A stretch of 64,000 nt of DNA from an uncultured candidate division Zixibacteria bacterium (lineage in GTDB: Bacteria; Zixibacteria; MSB-5A5; GN15; FEB-12), in assembly GCA_963806185.1 (NCBI GenBank), contig CAWDXE010000001.1, positions 448,001 through 512,000 on the forward strand, read 5' to 3'. Made by a program: the position numbers and the translations under genes. Shown piece after piece: positions 10,160 to 21,455 of this stretch; position 1 is the stretch's first letter, and each line of letters starts with the position of its first letter. The notes under the pieces are model-generated. The model made no database searches. It worked only from the letters and a program-made list of their open reading frames with translations, and had not been told where the DNA came from.

Positions 10160-10528
10160 TTAGTCCACGAGTTTGCGAAGCACCTCGGTTGCACCGGTTA
10201 TCCGCATCCACCGCTTCTCGGACAGAAGTGCAATCAACGCTACTACCGGTACAAGCAGGTAGACTGCGCCAATGACGATACCGACAATTGCCTTGCTGAT
10301 TGGCTCCCACGGCATGAAGATGAGTAACGCGAGCGGTACGAGCACCAGTCCCGCACCGATAAGCGTTATAACAAAGACCAGCAGGCAGATGAGGATCAGA
10401 ATCCGGTGCGCGCTCTTGACTCCTTCGAGATAATAGACGGCTGCCCGGAGCTTGAGCATTTTAACCGACGGCTCAAGGTAGGTGGTTTTAAGCCAGTCGA
10501 GCACACCCTGTATTAGTGAGTGTATCAC
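10160..10528 (-). CDS. two-TM membrane protein (YqjE-like position)
   Basis: Two hydrophobic segments, directly downstream of the ElaB-like gene. Confidence 0.6.
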   Translation of the reverse strand: MIHSLIQGVLDWLKTTYLEPSVKMLKLRAAVYYLEGVKSAHRILILICLLVFVITLIGAGLVLVPLALLIFMPWEPISKAIVGIVIGAVYLLVPVVALIALLSEKRWMRITGATEVLRKLVD

Positions 10529-10531
10529 GGC

Positions 10532-10843
10532 TTAGTCCTTTCGTGACCGGCCCAACATGAACCCGCACAGCAATGCGGCAAAGGCTGCACCACCGATGTA
10601 TGCCCACGGATTTTTGTGCACGCTGGCGTCGATATTGGTCGCAACATCGACAATCTTCTGCTTCCCGGCTTCATACTTCTCGCCGGCCCGTGACTTCATC
10701 TGGTCGGTAAACGCGCTCACCACGCCTGATAGGTCGGAGTACTTGTGCTCCATCACTTCCTGGAGTTCTGCTTTCTTGTCGCGCGCGACCTGATTCAGCA
10801 GGTCCAGCGCCTCGTTAATACGCTTGTCCTCAAATCGATCCAT
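10532..10843 (-). CDS. DUF883/ElaB/YqjD family membrane-anchored protein
   Basis: C-terminal VHKNPWAYIGGAAFAALLCGFMLGR. Confidence 0.85.
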   Translation of the reverse strand: MDRFEDKRINEALDLLNQVARDKKAELQEVMEHKYSDLSGVVSAFTDQMKSRAGEKYEAGKQKIVDVATNIDASVHKNPWAYIGGAAFAALLCGFMLGRSRKD

Positions 10844-11105
10844 CTCTGAATCCTCCTTCTTTTGTGTTGGATTTAGCCTCGCACAAAGTTGTGCTCATTG
10901 GATATAATATAGCAATCAAACCCCTCCGGGCCAAGGGAAGCAGTATCACCATAGTATCCTCGTGTCCTTTTCCTGCCGGTTTATCTCGGAATCGCCGCCG
11001 ACGTGTGCGTCCGTGCGATGGTCGGCAGCGATCCGATAATTCTACCAATTGTGCACTCTTCCGGTCAAGCGATCTTCTGACGCGAACTTGCTAAACGACC
11101 TGATT

Positions 11106-11666
11106 TCAGAGGCGGAACAGCAGACCAAAGTTCAGGGAATAGAAATTCGCATCCGTGCCGTCCAACACTGCATCGGGCAGTTCCTTGAACTTGGTGTCAA
11201 GAAACACATAGCGAACATCGCCGAACAGCTTAATACTGGGTGAAGCTGGTAATTCGATCCCGGCAGCAAGATGCCATCCGAACTCCTGAGTGGTCTCATC
11301 AGCAAAGCCGGCTTGATTGTAGGTGTCGGCGTAATCCAGGGTCGTGTTGTACCATCCCCCTCCCACACCTCCATAGATGAAACTCACCGGGTAGAGCAGA
11401 CCGGTGACTGTCACTGGCCACTGCTTGACCGTGACCGCTCCCGAACCGAATTTCTCCTGTCGATAGCCAATATCACCTTCCGCACCGATTACCGACATAA
11501 GCTTGAGGCGCATCGTGGCTCCCACCAGATAATTCGCGTCCTGAGCATCTTGAGATTTCTGGACACCGAGATGAGGACCCACATATACGCTCGTTTGACT
11601 CCGAACGGACAAGGGCACTAGAATGAGAATCCCCAGAAGGATTCCAGCGCTGATCTTTCTAAACAC
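11106..11666 (-). CDS. outer-membrane beta-barrel (porin-like) protein
   Basis: Signal peptide, YGGVGGGWY, GWHLAAGIE, terminal GLLFRL. Confidence 0.75.
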   Translation of the reverse strand: MFRKISAGILLGILILVPLSVRSQTSVYVGPHLGVQKSQDAQDANYLVGATMRLKLMSVIGAEGDIGYRQEKFGSGAVTVKQWPVTVTGLLYPVSFIYGGVGGGWYNTTLDYADTYNQAGFADETTQEFGWHLAAGIELPASPSIKLFGDVRYVFLDTKFKELPDAVLDGTDANFYSLNFGLLFRL

Positions 11667-11788
11667 GTTATTCTCCTACGTTTGTCAAGTTTACCTGCGG
11701 ATACGAATATGCGGTTGCGCATGTCCTCAGCAGGTACGATGTGCTGCCTGAGCACTAGTATGAACTTACGAAGGACGATGCGACAAAT

Positions 11789-11822
11789 CTATCGCCCAAA
11801 GGGTTGAAAAAGGAGCTACATC
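11789..11822. promoter_or_regulatory. operator-like motif, copy 4
   Basis: ctatc gcccaaag ggttg aaaaaggagctacatc, 123 bp upstream of the 11666 start. Confidence 0.45.
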
Positions 11823-11967
11823 GTCCGAATGTGCGGGCGGGCGGATTGACTGTCGTATTGTATCCCCGCAGGCGACATATTCTCACCTATTCTGATGAAC
11901 AGCCTCTCAGCAATCCAGCTTGCCAAGGCTGCGGTTTATTCGCATAATCGACCTGGAAGTAGTCATT

Positions 11968-14079
11968 ATGGAGGATCGGACCTTGGCGAATCGAACTGCT
12001 CTCTCGATAACGGCACTGGCATTGCTGCTGGTGCTTCTCCACTCGCCGATCATGGCGCAGGACAACCCGTTACTTCTCCCCTCCAACACGCCGTATCAGG
12101 CTCCACCGTTTGACCGTATTCAGAATGCGCATTACCTGCCGGCGGTTCAGGAGGGCATAAGGCGGCATCAGGCCGAGATTGATGCCATCGTCAATGATCG
12201 GGAAACCCCCACCTTCGACAACACTATCGCGGCGAAGGATATGGCCGGGGAACTTCTGGATAACGTCACCGCCGTGTTCTATTCAGTGCTGGGGACTATT
12301 CGCACCCCCGAACTGCAGGAGATTGCCACCCAATTGTCGCCGCTGCTTTCCGCGCATGAGGACAACATCTGGCTCAATGCGAAGCTGTTCGCCCGAATCA
12401 AAACCGTCTACGATCAGCGGGCACAATTAAAGCTGACCGGAGAGCAGCTTCACTTGCTGGAAAACAACTATCGCGATTTCGTTCGTCACGGTGCCCTGCT
12501 GGATGAGAAGCAAAAAGCTCGTTTGCGTGAAATCAATAGCGAAAACGGTCTCCTGGAACTGAAGTTTCACGATAACGTACTGGCGGAAACCAACAACTCA
12601 TATATCGTGATCGATAACAAAGCCGACCTGGCCGGGCTTCCGGAAAACGTCATCGCCCTGGGCAGTGATGATGCCAACACTATGAATATGCCCGGCAAGT
12701 GGGTTTTCACCACCCAGCGGCCAAGCTGGACACCGTTCCTCCAATACGCCTCCTCGCGTGACCTGCGGCAGAAGCTCTATACGGCCTATTTCATGCGCGG
12801 CAATCGCGACAATGAGTTCGACAACAAAGCCATCCTGCAGAAGATTCTCACCCTGCGCGAGGAAAGTTGCCGCCTGCTCGGTTCCACGACGCCCGCGGCT
12901 TTCTATCTGGAAGATCATATGGCCAGGACTCCCCAAGCGGTAGACTCATTTCTGTGGCGTCTCTGGAAGCCGGCCCTCAATAGAGCCAGGGCGGAGTTGG
13001 CCGAAATGCAGGCTATTGCTGACAGCGAGCAGGCCGGATTCAAGCTGGCGTCCTGGGACTGGTGGTACTATGCCGAAAAACTGCGGCAGGCCAAGTACGA
13101 TTTGGATGACGCCGACTTGCGCCCCTATTTCAGCCTGGAAAACGTCGAAACGGGAATCTTCACACTGGCACAAAAGCTGTACGGCCTGAAATTCGTCCAG
13201 CGGAAGGACATCCCCGTCTACCATCCCGATGTCACCGTATACGAGGTCAGAGAGAAGAGCGGTGAGGTGCTCGGGCTTCTGTACATGGATTTCTTCCCCC
13301 GCGAATCCAAAGGGGCCGGCGCATGGTCGGGCGGATTCCGCGACACGTTTCAACGGAACGGCAAGCGCGTCCTCCCGCTCTCCACTCTCGTCTGCAACTC
13401 CACCAAAGCGACCTCCAGCACGCCATCGCTGCTGAGCATCGATGAAGTCGAGACTGTCTTCCATGAATTCGGCCACTCCCTCAATACGCTTCTTTCCACC
13501 AGCACCTACCGCCACGCCTTTGCGGAGCAGGACGCGGGGGAACTGCCCTCGCAGATTATGGAAAACTGGGTGTTGGAACCGGAGATGCTGAAGCTCTACG
13601 CCAAACATTACAAGACCGGCGAGGTGATTCCGACCGCTATCGTGGAGAAGCTCAAGCACAGCTACTTGTTCAATAAGGGATTTGTATCTGTCGAATACCT
13701 GGCCGCCTGTTTTCTGGACATGGCCTGGCATGAACTCGATAACGCCAAAAACGTGAATGTGACCAGCTTCGAAGATAGTGCGATGGCCGCGATCGAGCTG
13801 ATACCGGAAATCCTTCCGCGCTATCACTCCGTCTACTTCGGACATATGATCGGTGGGTATTCGGCCGGATATTACGGCTACTACTGGGCGGCGGTGCTTG
13901 ATGCCGACGCTTTTCACGCGTTTAAGGAATCGTCGCTGTTTGACAGGAAGACAGCCACGTCATTCCGTAAGAACATTCTGGAGAAGCTCGGCACCGACGA
14001 CGCAATGACACTATACAAGCGCTTCCGGGGCAGAGAACCGAAGGTCGAGCCGTTTCTTGAGCGGGAGGGATTGCTGTAA
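11968..14079 (+). CDS. M3 family peptidyl-dipeptidase (Dcp-like), exported
   Basis: NPLL N-terminus, KGAGAW, FHEFGH, ELPSQIMENW, GGYSAGYYGYYWA. Confidence 0.93.
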   Translation: MEDRTLANRTALSITALALLLVLLHSPIMAQDNPLLLPSNTPYQAPPFDRIQNAHYLPAVQEGIRRHQAEIDAIVNDRETPTFDNTIAAKDMAGELLDNVTAVFYSVLGTIRTPELQEIATQLSPLLSAHEDNIWLNAKLFARIKTVYDQRAQLKLTGEQLHLLENNYRDFVRHGALLDEKQKARLREINSENGLLELKFHDNVLAETNNSYIVIDNKADLAGLPENVIALGSDDANTMNMPGKWVFTTQRPSWTPFLQYASSRDLRQKLYTAYFMRGNRDNEFDNKAILQKILTLREESCRLLGSTTPAAFYLEDHMARTPQAVDSFLWRLWKPALNRARAELAEMQAIADSEQAGFKLASWDWWYYAEKLRQAKYDLDDADLRPYFSLENVETGIFTLAQKLYGLKFVQRKDIPVYHPDVTVYEVREKSGEVLGLLYMDFFPRESKGAGAWSGGFRDTFQRNGKRVLPLSTLVCNSTKATSSTPSLLSIDEVETVFHEFGHSLNTLLSTSTYRHAFAEQDAGELPSQIMENWVLEPEMLKLYAKHYKTGEVIPTAIVEKLKHSYLFNKGFVSVEYLAACFLDMAWHELDNAKNVNVTSFEDSAMAAIELIPEILPRYHSVYFGHMIGGYSAGYYGYYWAAVLDADAFHAFKESSLFDRKTATSFRKNILEKLGTDDAMTLYKRFRGREPKVEPFLEREGLL

Positions 14080-14094
14080 GACCGAATCGGGCCG

Positions 14095-14120
14095 GTGGCC
14101 CACGGCTTGCCGTGGGTTCC
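14095..14120. repeat. REP-like hairpin
   Basis: Reverse complement GGAACCCACGGCAAGCCGTGGGCCAC matches 54095..54120 at 23/26 positions. Confidence 0.7.
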
Positions 14121-14167
14121 CCACACTCCACTCCGTACCCTACCGTCTATGCGGTTGGGTATCTGAA

Positions 14168-14332
14168 AGTCCCGTAGCCCACCAGAATGGTGGGTTTATC
14201 TTTCTCTGGCTTTCCCTGTGCACAGTATCGCAAATACTCATCTGTGGAGCCGTCTCCAATTGCTGGAAACGTCAAAGCCAAACGACTCCTCTATGATCCT
14301 ACGATTGACCTCTGGATGAAAGTGAGAATTTT
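14168..14332 (+). repeat. direct repeat B, copy 1 (131 bp identical plus diverged tail)
   Basis: 14168..14298 identical to 15415..15545; begins with REP hairpin gtagcccaccagaatggtgggttt. Confidence 0.92.
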
Positions 14333-14432
14333 TCTGCACCGCCGATCCGGTGAAACGGTTTGTTCGGGGGCGGTGATGTCTCTTTTCTCATCTGGCTCGT
14401 CATGGGCATGCCCAATAATGTGCGTTAACCAA

Positions 14433-15242
14433 CTAGAAATGTGCTATTCCCCCTTTCCTAAACGCATAAATCGCCCACCCCAGCGTTTCTCGTCCCCACC
14501 TCAGATATGCTGTCTTACTCTCGCGCACTCGCTTCAGCACGGTCTCCACATCTGGATCATCCCGATGATCACTCGCCCAGGATTCCGCAGCATACCACTG
14601 TAACCCTTCATATCTATCCCAGTCATCCTGGCTGCTTACGAGTGTGTAGACAGCCTCCAATCCGTGCTCTCGCCCGACCTCTACATTCTGATAATGTGTT
14701 CCGAAGTCGTTCCGTGTCACACCGATCGCTCCTAAATACTCGCTTTCCGGTTCATGCCGCCAGTACGGTTCTCCCACAACGATCCAGCTTTCTGGGGCTG
14801 CCATCTTCTGCAGCGCGTTCAACGTCCCTCGATGCCCGCCATAAATCCAACTCGCACCGATGCAGGCTACCAGATCAAAGCTCTCTAAGGTCTCAGGGAC
14901 ATACTTGGCCCCGTCCATCTCCAGGAGATGGAGCTGGGCATCCGGAACACGTTCTTGATGCTTCTTGTGGACATCAGCAATGCAGTAGGGAGAGGAATCA
15001 ACTCCTGTCCCGGTCATTTGTCGGTACCGTTCTGCAAGCCTGATGAGAAACTCGCCCTTTCCAGTGGCGATATCAAGCACGCGTGCCCCAGGTTTCAGAG
15101 GCAGAAGTGTGATAAGCTGTTCAAGTTTCTCAAGACTCATCGGATTGCAGAGAATGTGCTCCCGATGCGTGATGTCAAAGAACTTCCACATGTCCATGCG
15201 AATACCGCCTTTGTCAATGCCAGCCGATCCACCAGATTTCAT
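14433..15242 (-). CDS. class I SAM-dependent methyltransferase
   Basis: RVLDIATGKGE motif I, FDLVACIGA; start may be 15197. Confidence 0.9.
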   Translation of the reverse strand: MKSGGSAGIDKGGIRMDMWKFFDITHREHILCNPMSLEKLEQLITLLPLKPGARVLDIATGKGEFLIRLAERYRQMTGTGVDSSPYCIADVHKKHQERVPDAQLHLLEMDGAKYVPETLESFDLVACIGASWIYGGHRGTLNALQKMAAPESWIVVGEPYWRHEPESEYLGAIGVTRNDFGTHYQNVEVGREHGLEAVYTLVSSQDDWDRYEGLQWYAAESWASDHRDDPDVETVLKRVRESKTAYLRWGRETLGWAIYAFRKGGIAHF

Positions 15243-15280
15243 GGTTTGCTCCCGGACTTCTTGACTCCATAGATCATAAC

Positions 15281-15357
15281 ATTTCTGTGGGCGGCAGGTC
15301 TCCTGACCTGCCCCGGCACTAACCGGGCAGGCGAGAACGCCTGCCGCGCACAGAAAT
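15281..15357. repeat. REPIN-like inverted doublet
   Basis: atttctgtg-ggcggcaggtctcctgacctgcc ... ggcaggcgagaacgcctgccgcg-cacagaaat. Confidence 0.6.
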
Positions 15358-15414
15358 CACCTGCAGATTGGCCCACACGAGCTGGCCGACGCCTGTCAGC
15401 ACGAGCCCGATACG

Positions 15415-15578
15415 AGTCCCGTAGCCCACCAGAATGGTGGGTTTATCTTTCTCTGGCTTTCCCTGTGCACAGTATCGCAAATACTCATCTGTGGAGCCGT
15501 CTCCAATTGCTGGAAACGTCAAAGCCAAACGACTCCTCTATGATCGTTCGATTGATCTGTTAATGAAAGTGGGAATTT
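15415..15578 (+). repeat. direct repeat B, copy 2
   Basis: Copy of 14168..14332. Confidence 0.92.
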
Positions 15579-15598
15579 GCCGCCCCGCCCGCCCAAAG

Positions 15599-15613
15599 TA
15601 AAGCTCCCCGAAC
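15599..15613 (+). repeat. att-like direct repeat, left boundary of PGA island
   Basis: taaagctccccgaac, identical at 40604..40618; core taaagctcccc spans the tRNA-Asn 3' end at 44732. Confidence 0.7.
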
Positions 15614-15712
15614 AGGTGATTCTATAATTTTGGGACGGTTTATTCAGGGGCTTGTGGGAATCGACTGCCAAGAGACTGTGACTCTTACGGAAGTGGGTCG
15701 TGCGACAGCAGA

Positions 15713-15738
15713 AGGCCGCCCCATGAAGAGGCGGCCTC
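15713..15738 (-). terminator. probable terminator hairpin
   Basis: aggccgcc...ggcggcct just past the stop at 15762. Confidence 0.45.
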
Positions 15739-15761
15739 GCAGGAACGAAAGGAATGTGATT

Positions 15762-18700
15762 CTACTGACACGCCGGCAGCGGCGCGAAGGTGATGAACAG
15801 GTTGTTGATCAAAGCTGTCAGGTCGCCGATGTCGATGCCGCCTAATCCGTCACAATTGGCCTCCGGCTCGCAGCAGAGCGGCTCAAAGGTGATAAACAGG
15901 TTGTTGATCAGTGACGTCAAGTCGCCAATGTCAACACCATCACCTTCGCTGCAGTCGACATTTCCAACTACGGCAATACAGCAACTGGCACTCGGTCCGC
16001 CCACGGCCAACCAACCAAGATCGGTCATGCCGGTCGCCGATACCGTGTTGGCGGCTGTGTCTACTACGGTAGCTGCCACTGGACTCCACGTGGAGCCGCT
16101 ATCGCCACTGCGATAGAGTATCAATGTCGCTTCCGTCACACCATTCAACTCGCCATCGACATAGTGGAACACGACTGCGGCGTTCGCGCCTGTCTTCACC
16201 GTCGGTTTGACGGCGAAGTGTCGCTTAATACTGGGGCTGCCGCCGACCGTCAAAGACGTACCCGTGACGCGCGTAACCTGCGTAGAACCCGGCGCTGTCC
16301 CGGCCGCGGCTATTTCGAGGCCAAGTCCGCCAAATAATTCCGGCGTCCCGCTCGCAAGCGCTCTCGTCGTGCCAACCCGGCCCTGGACAACCCAAATGGA
16401 GTCCTCGACAATTGTCGCCGACGGTGCAAGCGTCACCGCAAAGGCTTCCGTTGAAAGAACGCTGTCGGCCAAATGTAGTTGGCCATTGACCGTCACATTG
16501 CTGCCCAGTTTCACCCCCTTGTTGCCAAGGATGCGCAGATCGCGAAGAGCCGTTGCCGACACAGGCAATTCCGGACCAGTCGTCACTGAATCGACCGAGC
16601 TGATATACTCGACATCAACGACGCTGTCGAAAACAGGTGCCACGGTCAGCGAACCAGTAGCTCGACGAAGGGTTGACTGCTTCGCCATGTGCAGCGCCTT
16701 ATCGTCGGATGAACCGTTATTGTCGAACGTCCCCATTGAGAGAGTTAGATCGCCGTTAACTGTCGCATTGGTTCCGAGCGTTACCGTCTGGCCCGACGAA
16801 TAGATGGTCAGATCTCTCAGCGTCGTAGTCGCCGTCGGCAGTTCCGGGCCGGTGGTGACGCCCGTTGTCGAACTGGTGTAGCGGACATTAACCACGCCCT
16901 CAAACTGCGGCGCCGCCGCTATCGTACCGGTCGCCCGGCTGATCGTCGCACCGTTCCCCAGTTTCAGATTGGCCGTACCCGCACTGTTGTCGATCTGGCC
17001 GGAAGTCATGCGCAACAGACTGTCCACCCGGATCGTCTGCCCGCTTCCCGCCAGCACCAGAATAGCGCTGTTGTTCACTTCCAGACTGTCACTCACCAAC
17101 CGATTGTCGGTCAATGTCCAGGTCTTCTTCGTCCCGTTGCCGGCAAAGCTGAACTCGATATCCCAATAGTTGGTGTCGATCACCACCTGGTCGGTGGTGG
17201 CGCTGGACGGGTTGCGCTGATACCGCACCCGGCCATCGTTGACCAGCGTGGGAGGAAAAACGGTCGTCGACGATGTGGTTTTGTAGATGCCCCCGCGCGA
17301 CAGGATGACCACCGAAGTGTCAAACCAGATGTCCGAAGTGGTCTCCTGGAGCAGTATCCCCGCCGAGTCGACGGTGATCGTTCCGGGGTTGAACATCGCT
17401 CCGCTGGTGGTTGTCCCCAGACCGGTGTTGAGATGGAGCGTCCCCCCCGGCTTGACATTGATGTTGGCCAGACTGATGTCGGACGAACTGGCATCGATAA
17501 ACTCAGCCTCGCCATAAATCGTCATCGGCCCGATCGGTGCCGAGCCGGTGTTGGAGCGGACCCAGTGCGATCCGGTACCATCGACCAGGTGGAACTCTGC
17601 TCCCGGCTGGACGGTAATGGTCAGCTGTTGATCGGCGGTGAAATTGCCCGACGAACTCCAGCGTGACTCCAGATCGTCGTCAATCGCCAACAGGAAACTG
17701 CCGCTCTTGACGTCGAGACTGTGCTGAATCCCCAGACGCATGCCCGTACCGGCGGTGCTGACCGTGACGGTGGAGTCCTTGGCGATAATCAGATCACGGA
17801 ACGAGGTTGACCCCGCGCTGGTGCTGAAGCCGGAGATGACAGCCGGAGCGCTGCCGGCGAAAACGACGTACGCGCTGTCGGATGACCAGCCGGCGGAAAA
17901 GACATTGTGGGTTTCGGAGAAGAGGGTGAAATCGCCGTAAATGGAAAGACGACTCTTGGCGTTAAGATCGATCAGCGCGTCGGTGCCGCCGAAGGTGACC
18001 GACTTGCACATCGCCAAGGTATCGTCTACTGAAATCGTATGGCCGGCCAGAATCATCACGTCATCGTCAGCCGTCGGAATGACCCCGCCCAACCAGGTCG
18101 TAGGAGCGGTCCAGGAGCCGGATTGAGCCGAAATCGACTGACCGGAAAGAATGAGGCCGCTCAGGGTCCAGCGCGAGAAGGCATTGACGCCCGCCAGAGT
18201 TACCGTATTGGCGAGAGTGTCGCGCGTACCGCCGCGCAGTATCCAGGTCGCGCCGTAGTCTGAGGATGCGTACAACACCAGAGTGTTTTCGTCCAGTCCA
18301 TTGAGATCGGCCTGGTCGTACGTAAACACCATCGTGGCATTCAAAGCGGTGTTGTTTGCGGGTGAGATGTCAAAGTAACGAGAAACACTTGGGCTGCCAG
18401 TTAATCACCTGGGGCTGGCCCGTGACTCGCGTGACGTTGGTCACACCCGGCACACCGCCGGCGGCATTGATTGAAATGCCCAGCCCACCAAACGTTTCGG
18501 CCGTCGATTGTGCCATTGTCCGCGAAGTGGCGATGTTACCGAGGACGCCAAAACCGTTGGTTTCGGTCAGGGTGGCGGTCTGAGCAAGGGTCAATGTGTA
18601 GCCATCGGTCGACAGATCGCTGCCGTTGACAACAACTGCACCGTTGACGGTGGCGTTGCTGCCGAGAGTCACACCTTTGTCGCCGGTAATGGTCAGATTG

Positions 18701-21318
18701 CGAAGCACGGCGGTTCCCGTCGGAATTTCAAAGGCAGTGATAGCCGGACTGACGGTGCTGATGTATTCCACATCCACGACTCCGGCAAAGCCGGGGGCCG
18801 CTGTCAGAGCGGCTGAGGCCCGCCGAATAGTTGAACCGTCGGCCATATTCAAAGTGTAGTCGTCGTCCGCACCGTTGTTATCAAACGTGCCGGCGGAGAG
18901 GGTAAGAGCGCCGTTTACCACCGCGTCGGCGCCAAGCGTTACGATCTGGTCGCTGGTAAATATCTGCAGGTCGCGCAGAGCGGAGGAGGAAGTCGGCAGT
19001 TCTTTGCCGGTCGTCACAGAAGTTGCGCTGCTGGTATATTTTACGTCGCATACGCCCGCAAACGACGGCGCCGAGGTCATGGTGCCGGTGGCTCGAGAGA
19101 TTAGACTGCCATCGGCCATGCTAATGGTCACGTTCCCACCCGTATTGTCCAGGGTGCCCGAAGTGAGACGGAGGGTGTTATTGATAGTCAGCGTCTGGGC
19201 CGAGGCCGCGCTCGGATAAACCGTGGCGCTATTATTGACTATGAAGCTGTCGGTAACCATGCGTGGTGCCGTCAGGGCCCACAGCTTACGATGGCTTCCG
19301 CCGGCAAAGCTGAATTCTACGTCCTTGTAATCGCGATCCACGACGTTCTGATCGGACGCCGTCGAAGGGTCGCGCTGATAACGTACCTTGCCGTTATTGG
19401 TGAAATTCGTCGGAAAGATGGTCGAACTTCCGGTCGTCTTGTACGTGCCGCCGGGATTTAAGATCACGATAGACGTATCAAACCAGAGGTTGGACGTCGA
19501 GGTGCTGTAAATGTTTCCTCCGGAGTCGACAGTAATCGTTCCCGGATTGAACATGGCGCCGCTCGTGGACGTATAGAGACTCAATCCCAGTTCCACGGTA
19601 CCGCCCGCTTTTACATCGATTCCGGCGATACTGATATCCGACGAACTGGCGTCAGTAAATTCCGCATAACCGTAGACGGTCATTTTTCCGATCGGTACCG
19701 AACCGGTATTTGACCGAATCCAGTGGACGCCACTGGCTCCGTCATTGACTAACCGGAACTCGCCGTTCGGCTCCACAGTGATTTTCAAATTCTGGTCGCC
19801 GGTCAGAGCCGCACTGCTCGCCCATCGGGCTTCCAATTCGTCGTCCGTTGCCAGGACGAACTTGCCGCTCTTGATATCCAGACTATTTTGGATACCAAAA
19901 CGACAATTCGTGCCACTGGTTGTGAGCACTGTTCCGGAGTCCTTATCGACGATAATATCCCGGAACGCCGTGCATCCAGCGGAAGTGCTCCATCCATAGA
20001 GAGTCTGCGTCGCACCGCCGGCGAACCGGACAAAGGCGCTATCGGACGACCACCCGGCCGAGAATACATTGTGTACCTGACTGAACAGCGTGAAATTGCC
20101 ATAGACAGACAAGGTAGACTTTGCGTTGAGATCGATGTGGGATGCAGTGTCACCAAATGATATCGACTGGCATTCCGCAAAATTGTCGTCGATGGATATG
20201 GTGTGACCAGCGGCAATCACCACCGGATCATTCATGGTCGGAACGATGCCGCCGGCCCAGGTGACGGCTGATGACCATGAACCGGATTGGGCTGACGTAA
20301 TCTGTACGTCGGGAGCAAATGTCTGCGCCACCGCATCGGCCAGTTTGTACCAATTGGCCTCGGTGTCGCGAAGTTTGGCGTACGCCTGTTCGAGATGAAG
20401 GAACTGGCCCGTATTCGCAGTTGCCGCCTGATCGCACGGGTCAGCCGACCCGTTGATCAGTCGTCCCTGCACATTATCCTGACCGAGGTAGTAGTTGTAG
20501 GCCAGGTCCACGTGCGCGATCTTGAACGTCAGCGTGTTGTCTTGCAGTAGTAGCTTTGCCTTGAGTGGGGCCAGGTACTCGGTCGCAGGAGTCAGCTGGC
20601 TGCCGTTGCTCATGATAATATCCGGGTCCTCAGCGCTGTAATCCCCCTTGGTATACCCATGAGGCTGGATGACGATGGCGTTGCTGCGGTAGGCAAGCAG
20701 CTCCTCAGTGGTAATCTCAAATGTCGCGCTGGAGGCATGCGCCTGATCGCCGAGGCGATACGGCTCGGACGAATCAGCACACGAAGTAGAGGTCCCGGAA
20801 CATGGAGAATAAGAAGTGGAATTGCACTTGTGAGCGCCGGCCAGGCAGAAGATCCAGGCGTCGGCGGTGGTGTATACTCGAATCGACTGATTGCCTGTAT
20901 TCAGATTCTGCAGGGGATGAGGCGCCTGAATGACCAGGCGAGACCGGCTCGGGCTGGGATTGAATACGAATGTACCCCAGTAGTTGGTCGTGGAGCCGGG
21001 TGTCCGTTCGAGCACCCAATAGACCTGATCAATCACGGGCGGCGTGTCGGTGAATTGCACCACTCGATAGTCGATCGTCCCGGCGAGAGTATGGGCGGCC
21101 GCGTGATCACCACTCAGCATCGCCTGAATAATCTGGCGCCACGTCTGAGTCCCGGTGGTAGTCGGTTCCACATACTTGTCTTGATCGATCCCCGCATCGG
21201 TCGGCGACGCGGCGATAATTGAGTCGATGTGACTAGTGATACTCCCAGTCATCGTGACCTGGCCGCTCGCGCTGGCGCAGATCAGCATCAATGCGATGAG
21301 CATTAACCGGTGATACAC
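15762..21318 (-). CDS. large secreted protein (~1850 aa): putative Zn-hydrolase head, two beta-rich repeat modules, dockerin-like tail; +1 frameshift near 18399
   Basis: Removing one base joins ORFs 18370..21459 and 15762..18344 as VINGSPSVSRYFDISP, matching internal paralog GGSPSIKRHF; tail GNVDCSEGDGVDIGDLTSLINNLF duplicated; GTG start after AGGAGG. Confidence 0.8.
16808..18047 (+). repeat. ~1.24 kb near-identical intragenic duplication, copy 1
   Basis: Matches 23710..24949 (offset 6902) with only a few substitutions. Confidence 0.95.
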
Positions 21319-21455
21319 GCTGACATTCCTCCTGCCGGTATTAGATACCAGCCCTGCATATTTCCAATGAATAAGTTCTGGTGAATAGGCTCTCGACGTC
21401 GCCCCCGTCCGGATCGACGTCTTCCGTTCGACATGTCCCTTTCGCGTCGCTAATA

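Noticed and set aside
15762..15990. Dockerin-like tails as evidence of a cellulosome
   Set aside because: No cohesin scaffoldin or glycoside hydrolase in the window; such tails occur on many secreted proteins of this lineage.
18370..18400. Programmed frameshift or phase variation in the large surface protein, pgsB or ggt
   Set aside because: No slippery heptamer or long homopolymer at the sites, and the same kind of break occurs in housekeeping genes.
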